From Botryllus schlosseri (lineage: Eukaryota), in NCBI GenBank assembly GCA_051294905.1, contig CM119371.1, positions 15,564,001 through 15,624,000 on the forward strand: 60,000 bases of DNA. Direction: 5' to 3'. The translations under genes and the position numbers were made by a program. This document shows, one piece after another, positions 27,201 through 34,620 of this stretch. Under the pieces are notes generated by a model, which saw only the letters and a list, made by a program, of their open reading frames with translations, ran no database searches and was not told the origin of the DNA. The stretch's first letter is position 1; each line of letters begins with the position of its first letter.

Positions 27201-30200
27201 GAGCTACACAGTCTATAATTTGAATTGCACCATTTTTAGAAATTATAGTAGTGTAAGCTACACAGATTTTGGTAATTAGATTAGAATTATAGATACACAA
27301 TTTTTTTATCAAATCGGATTAGAATCAGAATCAGTGAATTCGCAAAAAATGAATGAAATTCTGAATGAAAAAGAATTAACAGCAAAATTCGAGTTCAGCT
27401 CATATCAAATCAGATGGGAATGATAAACGTCTGTACACCAAGTTTGGCTTGCTCTATAAAACTCTCTCTCTTTCTCTCTCTCTCACTATGAGGTTCTCTT
27501 GCATTCACCGCTGAAAACTCTTACCAATGGAGATGATATTCCAACCACACCCACGAGTTCTCGAGCAGCAGCCTTAGGATGATCAAAACGATTTCTCTTT
27601 ACCTCTAACTCAAAACATCCCATCCCATGCTCTCACGCTGAGCTGAAAAATATTTCTCCAATTCATTCCCTTGTATATTTTCTCTGGCTTGATCTGAAGC
27701 AAACTTCCTCTTTTTCTTGAATAGGTGAGGGCATGTGTTAACAGTCTCTTTTCCTTCACTGCTGTTCTGTTTGTGATCAAAACCAGCAGTTGTTCGCAGG
27801 CTACAAGCTACTATGCCAGCATGGGTGCTTCATCCATCACAATAGCTACTATGATTGTACCGTGTAAGTAATGCGAAGGCGGTCTGGCACTGAATTTCTC
27901 CGTGCAAGAGGAATGTCCTTGATACCTTCCTGCAAAATGTCGCGACATATAGTATTGGAAATATTGGTCACCAAAATTCAGTTGCAAAATCTACGACAGA
28001 TGACAGATCACGGGAGCAAGACACAACACCCGCTGGGATGGCGAACTCCAAATCGAAGCCAAAGTCCAAATCGAACCCGAAATCCAAATCGAAGCCCAAG
28101 TCGTCCAGGTGAGGTTGCGCGCTTGGTAAATAAGTTTGGCCCTGGGCTGTAATGACTGTAGTTGAAATTTTTCTTCGACTTTACTTAATTCATTTTCTAT
28201 TACATGGATAATGACTTAACCCCACTTGAGTCACTTTGTGTATTAACTTTGATCAAGTCGTATGACCCGAGACTTTCTATATGGCTTTATTCAAGCTTCA
28301 TCTATCGACACATTCAATATCCACCAAGCTTCAATGGCTTCGAAAAACTGGGCTGAACCTGACTTGAACTCGATAAGGAACTGTGATCACTATGGCTCCG
28401 ATCATTTGCTCCGTGACTAGGACTCAGACTTGACACAGCGATGAATTGAAAATGACTCGAGTCAAAACTATACGAGTAGAGTTGACTTGTTTATCGGAAC
28501 CTTGTGATGTGGTCACAATCATGATTTTTGAGGCGCGTGTTATGTTACACCCGGACAAAATCTTTCCTAGCCGTGAATTTCAGTAAGAATTGGCACCGCT
28601 AACTTAGATTCTACATACGGGATGGCGATCTCAGGCAAATTTCACTGCATCATAATGGGCTTTGTTACGCAACACATTTACCCTATGTTAAGTCAGAGTC
28701 AGTGCCTCAGAAACATTTCTCTCCTATTACTTAATCGCTAGTCTCATCCATTTTAAAGACAGCATCTATTTTCCAGGACTCTGTCAAAAGTTCAGAAGCC
28801 GAGTCGTATTGTGGAAGAGCTCCCAGGTAAGTCATGAACTGATTGGTGGAAAACTAAAACCAATATAATATGATTAAACTCCCCTGCGTACCTCTCTACA
28901 AACGTTGCGCTACCTCAACATACACAATTCGCCTAATCGCCTGCAACCAATGAATGCCATGCAACATTAGCAAGGCTTATTGATATTCCCAGGGTGATGC
29001 AATATTATGAAAGTGTCATCACTCTCTCTACGTGACATAATGTAGCTAGGTTGATGTAAAACTCAACTGCTTGATCTGCCTAGCGATGTTTTGATGTTAG
29101 AACAACAACCAGTGAGGAATTCAGGGTTTGCGATATGAAACACACACTAGTATAGAAATAACATATAGTATACAAAAATGTACAGAACGGCAAAATACAC
29201 TCCCATCGCTATAGAGGTATGGATGGAGAAAGCAAACGATAAATTTCTGATAATGTAAGGACAAATACGTGTGTCAATGATTTTAACGATTGCAAAACGT
29301 TCCGCGCTAGGCTCATTACCATAAAAATAAATGAATAAATAGTAAGACTTCAAGGATTATATGGTATAACGTCAATATGCAACTAATACATGATACAACG
29401 TATGTGGAACAGGTTACAGTAGACACATAAACACCACTAGATATACACAAGGGAGCGAGTGCGACATCTAAGTCATACTCTTCAAACAAGCATTTTCAAT
29501 CATGCTTTTTGAATAGATGCTCAGGTCAACTTCTTGATTTGACTCGTAGAGTGTTCCTTGTCACGGCAACGATATAATCGAAACTGTGTGTCCGTGCGGA
29601 AATAATTAGGTCCATACCTCTTGTGAATTCATCTTCTTTTTTTGGTCAGTTCCAAGCCTGCCCGTAGGCACTACAGCCGGACCTCGTCGTAGTCCGAGGA
29701 TAAGAGTTCCAGTTGAACCAGGCGTTCAATACATCTTCCGATATTCGTAAGTGGATTTTCAATTCCAAAGTTTTCTAACTGCGGTAACTTTGCTAACGCG
29801 AGTTGGGATTGAGTCAAATTTGTTTTGTTTCATTTCTAGACATAGATATTTACAACTGACAAGATATCGTAATGGTGCAGTTTATGGCTTCTCGATCGGT
29901 AGGTGGTTGGTTCAGTACCCAGCCTGGTCAGACCAAATACCTGATTGGTAACACTGGTATCCACGACTTTCCAACTTGGCGCTCACAATAACAGAGATAT
30001 CAGTGATGGGCGGTGTAATACTTGAAAACCTATCCTATCTAAAAATACAAATCTTCCAAATTTATTCCGGCGACAATCCTACACCAACATTGATCATAAT
30101 CACGAAATATGCCAGTAGAAAGGTAAACAATTGCTCAATATGACAATTAAATAAGAACAACAACATACCAATAGCATGGCTTACATCTGGATTGCACGCA

Positions 30201-30535
30201 TGGCTTGGTACTTCTAAATAACGAAGGTATGCTATCGTTACAATGACTTATGGTTGGAATTCAGTCCAATTTGATTGGCAACATTTTTTGCAGCCAATTT
30301 AATAACGATATCCAGTAGCCAGTATAAATAAAAAAGCTTTATTAACATTAGAAGTTCGCCACGCCTATGTTTTTGTGTTGCTGCAGCTCTGACTTCGACG
30401 AAGCCGGCTTTAAGAAAGTCACCGGGATTATAAAGGTCACTCGTCCAGGTATGCCGGTTCGTTGCCTGTTGAAGTGGTTGCAATTATGGACCGCTTTTCT
30501 CAGATGATCCTGCCCGACTGGCGGCTACGGTTTAG
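129..30535 (+). CDS. 5'-incomplete spliced gene model of 35 exons encoding a modular low-complexity S/P/K/R/E-rich repeat protein of unknown family (~1220 aa in window; one frameshifted exon, D4)
   Basis: Manual splice model. Every exon has an upstream AG and all but the last a downstream GT, conserved among paralogous copies. Phases chain: A 2>1, B 1>1, C 1>2, D 1>2, E 2>1, F 1>2, C* 2>2, G 2>1, H 1>2, I 2>1, J/K 1>1. The 23 exons from 129 to 21333 total 2556 nt with no stop. Stop TAG at 30533-30535. No transcript evidence available. Confidence 0.75.
356..500. repeat. degenerate AATTAG/GATTAG simple-repeat tract downstream of B exons (also ~4505-4765, 6900-7075, 12545-12665, 16975-17130, 21420-21510, 27150-27330)
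   Basis: Recurrent attagaattaga/gagctacaca motifs in the same intron of each duplicated unit. Confidence 0.7.
651..768 (+). CDS. exon C1 (118 nt; VVLLPWLKTLFYGDEESSLFAAAMREQEDLAGPSARTSAR)
   Basis: pyrimidine tract + tatacag| ... CAAG|gtaggc; phase 1>2. Confidence 0.7.
1379..2545. mobile_element. non-autonomous hAT (Buster/Charlie-type) DNA transposon
   Basis: TIRs caggggtgggtaaact / agtttgcccacccctg; gcggcccgc subterminal motifs; 8-bp TSD tgttacag (1371-1378, 2546-2553); empty site in paralog at ~20757. Confidence 0.92.
1558..1860. mobile_element. older hAT MITE nested in the 1379-2545 element
   Basis: Imperfect TIRs cagtggatctcaaact / agtttgagaaccaca; no clean TSD. Confidence 0.55.
2606..2736 (+). 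CDS. exon A1 (131 nt; CEETVPSMGGITKPLQALLDSLLSAAQERHQNSFLPPAEQVSR)
   Basis: ggcag|GTGT ... AGAA|gtgagt; phase 2>1; 24 nt longer than A2-A4 and still in frame. Confidence 0.7.
2857..3280. mobile_element. pogo/Tigger-like MITE (degenerate)
   Basis: ta|ccgaaattttctctgtataa start; inverted homolog of 18452-18838. Confidence 0.55.
3345..3967 (+). mobile_element. partial non-autonomous hAT-like element with GACTCGAGTC/GACTT subterminal repeats
   Basis: Ends gacttgatcccaacactg; colinear with 51200-51770 and inverted relative to 58764-60000. Confidence 0.75.
4281..4424 (+). CDS. exon B2 (144 nt)
   Basis: ttcag| ... |gtcagt; open; GKRPVSPSS motif. Confidence 0.75.
4889..5006 (+). CDS. exon C2 (118 nt; ALLHPLLETLSGGDDGHSPFAAAVREQQDLAGPNTRTSAR)
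   Basis: tatacag| ... AAG|gtgggc; phase 1>2. Confidence 0.7.
5691..5797 (+). CDS. exon A2 (107 nt; CEETERPQEEKTKRVHTLLDSLTSAAEPTVQQLSK)
   Basis: tagcag| ... AAAG|gtaagt; phase 2>1. Confidence 0.75.
6243..6386 (+). CDS. exon B3 (144 nt)
   Basis: ttcag| ... |gtcagt; open. Confidence 0.75.
6491..6881. mobile_element. short Penelope-like retro-insertion with ~70-bp inverted arms
   Basis: Inverted repeats ~6491-6563 / ~6769-6841; A-rich end; 12-bp TSD aattagggatat (6479-6490, 6882-6893); absent from the paralogous intron at ~12557. Confidence 0.7.
6769..6801 (+). ncRNA. minimal type-I hammerhead-ribozyme-like motif, U3-A8 variant (inverted copy at 6531-6563)
   Basis: CTC-TTGAAAA-gaggccccc-GAAA-agtct-TC-GAG: stem I CTC/GAG closes a core with UH site UC. 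Confidence 0.5.
7075..7914. mobile_element. Penelope-like element fragment in inverted-repeat arrangement (GIY-YIG endonuclease C-terminus)
   Basis: Arms ~7084-7380 and ~7527-7840. Translation SQR..ERI..CVP.FIR...SAIGKHLLDNPICANNY..DRFRVVGRGRSHF.LCA.ESTFI...KLCQQKGFV resembles Penelope ORF ends. Candidate TSD tctacaaattagatt (7060-7074, 7915-7929). Confidence 0.8.
8457..8553 (+). CDS. exon D1 (97 nt; VAESTTDHSSREPTAKPAGKAKSKSTPKAKSTR)
   Basis: attcag| ... AAG|gtgagg; phase 1>2. Confidence 0.7.
9403..9911. mobile_element. hAT MITE
   Basis: TIRs tagggctgggca / tgcccagcccta; 8-bp TSD cttgaaac (9395-9402, 9912-9919); absent in paralog at ~15085. Confidence 0.92.
10062..10093 (+). CDS. exon E1 (32 nt; VQESKECEGE)
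   Basis: aaacag| ... AAG|gtgcgt; phase 2>1; three 32-nt copies. Confidence 0.65.
10166..10274 (+). CDS. exon F1 (109 nt; GDEISSTESEVSNDDSYSMGNLLPGCVRQLKKKFLPR)
   Basis: ttttttcag| ... CCAG|gtgaaa; phase 1>2; three open 109-nt copies; an internal alternative donor G|gtaac also exists. Confidence 0.65.
10535..11370. mobile_element. degenerate hAT-like element with gtgaacc subterminal repeats (paralog from 15709)
   Basis: tagggatggtgtgaacc-type end and repeated gtgaacc/ggttc motifs; ends not resolved. Confidence 0.4.
11759..11865 (+). CDS. exon A3 (107 nt)
   Basis: tagcag| ... |gtaagt; open. Confidence 0.75.
12314..12457 (+). CDS. exon B4 (144 nt)
   Basis: ttcag| ... |gtcagt; open. Confidence 0.75.
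12663..13555. mobile_element. second copy of the inverted-repeat Penelope-like insertion, duplicated with the host unit
   Basis: Arms ~12663-13018 and ~13165-13520; ORF 12792..13079(-) SAISKHLLDNPICANNY...LESTFIKIHQPKLCQQKGFV. Confidence 0.8.
13461..13492 (+). ncRNA. minimal type-I hammerhead ribozyme motif of a Penelope-like element (other copies 7823-7854 +, 12691-12722 -)
   Basis: CCC-CTGACGA-gtgtcagcc-GAAA-ATAT-TT-GGG: canonical CUGANGA/GAAA/UH core, stem I CCC/GGG, palindromic ATAT stem III. Confidence 0.6.
13805..13884 (+). mobile_element. very short 5'-truncated LINE 3' tail ending in (gat)n
   Basis: tcattgtatcgca...ggtgtattgaactaataaa...ctaataaacc matches the LINE tail at 37398-37452; absent from paralogs. 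Confidence 0.65.
14204..14300 (+). CDS. exon D2 (97 nt)
   Basis: atttag| ... |gtgagg; the cag>tag change keeps a valid acceptor. Confidence 0.7.
15235..15266 (+). CDS. exon E2 (32 nt)
   Basis: aaacag| ... |gtgtgt; open. Confidence 0.65.
15338..15446 (+). CDS. exon F2 (109 nt)
   Basis: ttttcag| ... |gtgaaa; open. Confidence 0.65.
16519..16625 (+). CDS. exon A4 (107 nt)
   Basis: tagcag| ... |gtgagt; open. Confidence 0.7.
16748..16891 (+). CDS. exon B5 (144 nt)
   Basis: ttcag| ... |gtcagt; the preceding intron has shrunk to 122 nt with both splice sites retained. Confidence 0.75.
17745..17925 (+). CDS. exon D3 (181 nt; ..KAKSKSTPKSKLTAKSKSPTRLKSPPKFQSTPKDKSTPKSFR)
   Basis: attcag| ... CAG|gtgagg; in-frame 84-nt expansion relative to D1/D2. 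Confidence 0.7.
18452..18838. mobile_element. pogo/Tigger-like MITE
   Basis: TIRs ctgtaattttccatg / catggaaaattacgg flanked by TA on both sides. Confidence 0.7.
19244..19275 (+). CDS. exon E3 (32 nt)
   Basis: aaacag| ... |gtatgt; open. Confidence 0.65.
19350..19458 (+). CDS. exon F3 (109 nt)
   Basis: ttttttcag| ... |gtgaaa; open. Confidence 0.65.
20158..20250 (+). CDS. exon C* (93 nt; IKRARTPVAESTAVATEQEEVAGPSARRSE), E-type acceptor with C-type 3' half
   Basis: taaacag| ... AAAG|gtgggc; phase 2>2, matching F3 (ends phase 2) and A5 (starts phase 2). Confidence 0.65.
20790..20902 (+). CDS. exon A5 (113 nt; GNAMSASPSKAEKTKRIRSWLDSLPSANTHTAQQLSE)
   Basis: tcgcag| ... GAAA|gtgagt; phase 2>1. 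Confidence 0.7.
21190..21333 (+). CDS. exon B6 (144 nt)
   Basis: ttcag| ... |gtcagt; open. Confidence 0.75.
22032..22649. mobile_element. near-perfect palindromic Tc1/mariner-type MITE
   Basis: ~300-bp inverted arms gggctgttcaaaaataact / agttatttttgaacagccctg with TA on each flank; mirror-image ORFs 22040(-)/22452(+); absent from paralogs. Confidence 0.9.
22781..23013 (+). pseudogene. exon D4 (233 nt) with a 2-nt deletion; expanded KSKSNP/KSKSKP repeat
   Basis: Splice sites intact (attcag|, CAG|gtgagg), but it reads gacagatgac--atcacgg versus gacagatgacagatcacgg in D3 and D5. The shifted frame stops at TAA 23002-23004. Confidence 0.6.
23047..23430. mobile_element. old hAT-like MITE just 3' of exon D (remnants also after D1, D2, D3, D5)
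   Basis: gggttgtaatgact start matches the terminus cagggttgtaatgactcgagtc at 52291; ends gttacaacc; GACTC repeats. Confidence 0.55.
23686..23735 (+). CDS. exon G1 (50 nt; SLSKVQKPNRIVEELP)
   Basis: ttttccag| ... CCAG|gtaagc; phase 2>1. Confidence 0.7.
24561..24657 (+). CDS. exon H1 (97 nt; VPILPVDTAAGRRRSPRIKLPVEPGVQYTFRYS)
   Basis: ttgttgtcag| ... TTC|gtaagt; phase 1>2. Confidence 0.75.
24674..24820 (+). mobile_element. tRNA-derived SINE (more decayed copy at ~29868-30010)
   Basis: A-box-like taatggtggagcg and B-box gggttcaatccc, followed by a non-tRNA body ggtcagaccaaagac. Confidence 0.7.
25180..25241 (+). CDS. exon I1 (62 nt; SDFDEAGFKKVIGITKITYR)
   Basis: ttgttgcag| ... GAG|gtatgc; phase 2>1. 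Confidence 0.75.
25297..25374 (+). CDS. exon J1 (78 nt; DDPARLAGTVTARRTYKRNARNAGRE)
   Basis: ttttcttag| ... AAG|gtgctg; phase 1>1; 55-nt upstream intron. Confidence 0.65.
25436..25513 (+). CDS. exon K1 (78 nt; GNAGPLSDTVPMKTTYKRKASEAACE), tandem paralog of J
   Basis: gagcag| ... AAG|gtgcta; same length and phase as J1; shares TYKR and downstream intron sequence. Confidence 0.6.
26186..26329 (+). CDS. exon B7 (144 nt)
   Basis: ttcag| ... AAG|gtaagt; open. Confidence 0.75.
26810..27130. mobile_element. hAT-like element end with GTAATC/GATTAC subterminal repeats
   Basis: caggcatggggtaatc start, then clustered gtaatc/gattac; second end not found. Confidence 0.5.
27982..28108 (+). CDS. exon D5 (127 nt; VAKSTTDDRSREQDTTPAGMANSKSKPKSKSNPKSKSKPKSSR)
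   Basis: attcag| ... CAG|gtgagg; phase 1>2, open. Confidence 0.7.
28777..28826 (+). CDS. exon G2 (50 nt)
   Basis: ttttccag| ... |gtaagt; open. Confidence 0.7.
29650..29746 (+). CDS. exon H2 (97 nt)
   Basis: tttggtcag| ... |gtaagt; open. Confidence 0.75.
30387..30448 (+). CDS. exon I2 (62 nt; SDFDEAGFKKVTGIIKVTRP)
   Basis: ctgcag| ... CAG|gtatgc; SDFDEAGFKKV is identical to I1 despite three synonymous changes. Confidence 0.75.
30504..30535 (+). CDS. exon J2 coding part (DDPARLAATV*), putative end of CDS
   Basis: ttttctcag|ATGATCCT...GTT TAG. Confidence 0.5.
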
Positions 30536-32397
30536 ACTGTGAAGTGACTGTACGTACAGTGTAGAGCGGAGCTTACGCGTAAGTTCGTCGAAGCTAGAAG
30601 ACTTGCATTATCGGGATTTACGATGTACTCAACGCTAATGAATTGTTATCTCGGTCAATTTGGGGTACTGGGCTTATCGAAGGCCTTGAAATCTTAATTA
30701 AGTATTGAACCGTGTGTTAATTGATCAGAGAGAAGCAGACTGTGATACAATGCTGTGAGTTGATCTCAAGTTCACGGGTGTCGTATCCACTAAGGTGTTT
30801 GGCTATGCACGGCGTGTTTCGCATTCTGCAATATGAATAATCAAGGTTCACAGCCTTGCACCGTTGAAAATAGGACTAATTTATAATTCTCCCTGATAAG
30901 TTCACTCTCGGTGGCAGGGAGCTTGTAATTTCTGTACTTGAAATATCATCTCTCACTAGTCGACTTGAATCATTACAAAGCCGACCTGTGACGTACTCAT
31001 GAATATATAGCCCTAACTGTGTGGAGATTTATAATGACGTGCTGTAACTTTTCGAAGACTCCATTTGCTCATACATGTACCAATATTATTGATCGAATTC
31101 AGACTAATTTCATTTCATTATTATTAGTGATTTGGGTTCATTTGTTAATCAATCGTCTGATACCAGATTTAATTCACAACGGGAAGGATGTGTGTGTACG
31201 TCTGTATAAAGGATAGCGATGAAATTGTCCATTGATGGATGTGGGTCGTGGGGCTTTCCATGAGGGGATTTCCCTTGAAACTTGAAAAATTTGCCCCTAA
31301 ATATTTTTCTGGCTACACCCTTGTTCATTTTGTGTACAAGAGGAAACTGAAAGAGAAGTTACCTCTTTCGTGGGACACAGACAATTCCAAGTTTGCATTT
31401 CTTACGGGATGCAGCATTTTCCTCTGCGGATAGCATTGAAGGGCTGCTCGGATTGCCAAGACAGGACTATTCGGCACTTGTCATTTATGCGTCTCTATGA
31501 ACGATGGACAATTCGACATATATAGACTATATCGAAGGTATCAGCGAACATACGGCAGTCTTCCCGGTTAGCTGGAATTTGTTGTCCGCACTAAATCGTA
31601 TTGTTAGCCGCACTTGTAACGCAAACCGGGAGTGGGCGAATATTTTTAATGGTATTAAAACGAACTTCAAGCTAGAAATAACGCAAAAGTAATACAGATT
31701 TCGGACGTACTAGTTTCTGGCCAAGTAGTTGTGCCATAAATACATGTAAAGTTTGGCGGGTTCCGGTGTACCCCCCCCCCCCTTTACTGCCCTAAAGTCA
31801 AATTCCCCCTCGTTGAGAATTCCGCCCAGGTTGGGAATCACTGTCCTGACATGTGTTAATAGTGTTTGTTTACGGCTGTGTTCAAGTCGGGACGAGTCCG
31901 AAGTGATCTATCTTGTCTAAACAAATATAATCTTTTTTACAGTCCTTTTTCATTGTCATATTGGAAACTGATCGAAATGCCAGAAAGAAATCACGTTCAG
32001 CTCTACAAAAGATATTTGCGTCCATTTTATGTAGCAAGAATGGAAACCGCTCTCGAAATTTCAACACGCTGAAGTACGGCGACATGACTCTTCGCGGCAT
32101 CCACAGCGAACGCCAATTTCTGGGCTCATCCAATGGTACGTACACTTGTACATCTAAAGCTCTCCACTGGCCTACGAGCAGCTCAACACTGCGCTCAGCG
32201 ATGCTTATCCGCAGTTATCTCATCAGACGGTGGGCAGTATCCCTTTGTGGAGAGTGCGAACGCACGGCATAACCACAAGTTGAGCAAGGTACCATCCGAT
32301 TATCAGCATAGGATTGATGAATGTTGCGTGCGATACTGTGTGATTGCGTCTTTCGGGTATCTCTGAGATGTAGCAGGTATCACTAAGGTATCTGACC

Positions 32398-32525
32398 GAG
32401 CAAGATAGTGTAATGGTGATGCGTACGACTTGATCGGTAGGTTGTGGGTTCGATCCCCGGCCAGGTCAGACGAAAAACTCAAAAACTGGCGGCTATCCTG
32501 TTTGGCACTTAGCATACAAGGAGAA
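32398..32525 (+). mobile_element. tRNA-derived SINE
   Basis: tagtgtaatggt...gggttcgatccc B-box; body similar to 24674 (ttgatcggtaggt...ggtcagac...ttggcactta). Confidence 0.7.
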
Positions 32526-33260
32526 CATGGATGAGAAAAGATGGGGGTGCAGACTAGGTGGCTTTTCGGTCATATCGCATCTCGATGGTGCAGGCGAAAA
32601 CGAATACCCCACTTCTAGCTCTCTCTCTCGTCCCTTGACTGTGTTTACATATTTACATCATCGTCAAGCAATTGTTCAAAACAATGCCGATTTTTAATTT
32701 GTGTTGTCGATTAAGGCCAGGTTTATTAATTTTAAATGCTAGGGTCATCAGCTATACCGCTACCAATGATGCTGCATTTAGATTGCTTAGCAATAAAGCT
32801 GCCTGCCCAAGCGTAACGGCGGGAGTTGCTTATCTATTCATAGGTTTGTATTCTGTACTATGGTCGACAACTCAGGTATCATGTCTGGAGTGTATCCAAG
32901 TCTGTCCAACGCTCATTTATCCCTCTGAAGTGTGTCTGTGTGTGTTCACGTATGTGTGTGTGTGTGTGTTAATTAGGGTTGGTCAAGCAACTGTTTTCCA
33001 AATTCACTCGGCTTGGTGAAAAAATTGTTAGGGAGCTTAGAAAACGCCTAAAACCAAAATTTGCTCATTTTGAAACAGTAGACACAAATCATTAATATTT
33101 TATATTTCAACAATTTTATGGAATAATGTTATCTACCGTGAAAAATTTCTTCGGTGATTTTATTTCAAACCATTGTGCCCACCGTAGTTAAAACACAATG
33201 CTGAATGCGACGTCAAAGACATTTGTCACAAATGTATACCCACCGATGGGCCACAGATCA

Positions 33261-33379
33261 TCATTGTCGGAGGCAGTCCCGATGTTGCCAATCTTCCTCA
33301 GCTTCACGGGCAGCTTCGTTCGCTTTTCTTTTGCATGTCCTCCCAGTCGAAACTGTAGCAGCCTGTCGTGCAGGATCAT
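33261..33379 (-). CDS. inverted paralog of exon J ending in a stop (DDPARQAATVSTGRTCKRKANEAAREAEEDWQHRDCLRQ*)
   Basis: Minus strand ttatggaccgattttctcag|ATGATCCTGCACGA matches the J2 acceptor ttatggaccgcttttctcag|ATGATCCTGCCCGA; no upstream partner exon found. Confidence 0.5.
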
Positions 33380-33849
33380 CTGAGAAAATCGGTCCATAAA
33401 TGGTGTGATTAAGACACACGAGACCATATGCATTATGTGAGAGATATTTCCAATCGGAGCATATCTTGGTGCTGTGCGGGTGTGATTTCAATATTGTGAA
33501 CTACGACAGTGGCCACATGTTATATTTCTGGTATTTACGTTGTAATCATGAAAGGACGAGTTCGGAATAGTTGGTCCTTTGCCGGTTACGTTCGCATATA
33601 CAATTTATACATGCGCTCTGACGTAATAATATTACATTTACCATTCGTATCGCAATTGCGGTTTTGAATCGTCGTTATAGGTTTCAAACAATCGACAGAT
33701 TATATTTTCATCTGTCCAAGACACACACAATATACAATGTGATATACAAGTCACACAACGCTTGCGTTCGCGATCAGTCCATCATCTCTTGTAGGCATTT
33801 TGCTACATCTCTCCTGATTGGCTTTGTGAGATCCGTGATTCGTTCGCGA

Positions 33850-34620
33850 GCCACTTATCTATTTTTGATGTTGAGTTTTTTATTTATTAACAATATCCAG
33901 TTCTTGACTTAGGGTTGTTATTTTGTGCGGCCCGTCGTAGGCGTAGTACGTTTCTTCCATGATAGCATTGAAGTCCATTTTTACGAGGTCTTCGACATCG
34001 GCACTGACGATATAAATTTTTTTATGTAAGCAATGCATTTGATATATATATGCTTCATCGTATCATCGTCGGCGCTGCGGAGTTTGTATTTGTTTTTCTG
34101 CAGTATGTTTGCGGTATAAGTCCGGCTGGATTTTTCTTTTTTTGCACCCGCGCGAAATGGTTTATTAGTGATTCTGTATGCAAGCACTCTATCCATATTA
34201 CTGAAGCATGCTTTTACGTCTCGCTTTGTTAGCCGTAGTTCCTCCCAGATCGTAGTCTCGGTGTTTGGTTGGGTGGAATCGTTGACCAGAATTTCGTTAT
34301 TCGTATACTTCCTTTTGCGTGATTTCCGTCGGGTCTTCGCATTTGACTTGTGTCGTGCAAAGGGTTTCGATCTCCTTATGGTAGTTTGTTATGAGGCGTA
34401 CCTCTGAGGCATGCTGTTATGGTAGAGTTATTTGCTTACCTTTCGACCTCAATGCCCATTGCCCAAGTTGTAGATTGCTTCTTGATTCCGTTCTGCTTAG
34501 GTTTTGCATTCTTTCGATCCTGCTTATGATCTGAATATTAATGTCAACCATGTTAATGACGCTACGGTACGATACAATAGTGAGTGTGTAACTGTGCATT
34601 GTCATCACATTTTGACATAT
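33850..34620 (-). mobile_element. decayed L1/Tx1-like LINE ORF2 C-terminal fragment
   Basis: Minus-strand reading IWEELRL..YRITNKPF..DDDTMKHIYIKC resembles the zf-RVT region seen more clearly at 47379-47657. Confidence 0.4.

Larger units (their letters stand above)
21150..30540 (+). repeat. ~5.1-kb tandem segmental duplication (B-D-G-H-I-J unit; ~21.15-25.4 kb vs ~26.15-30.54 kb)
   Basis: Colinear introns and exons; G1 23686 vs G2 28777, H1 24561 vs H2 29650. Confidence 0.9.
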
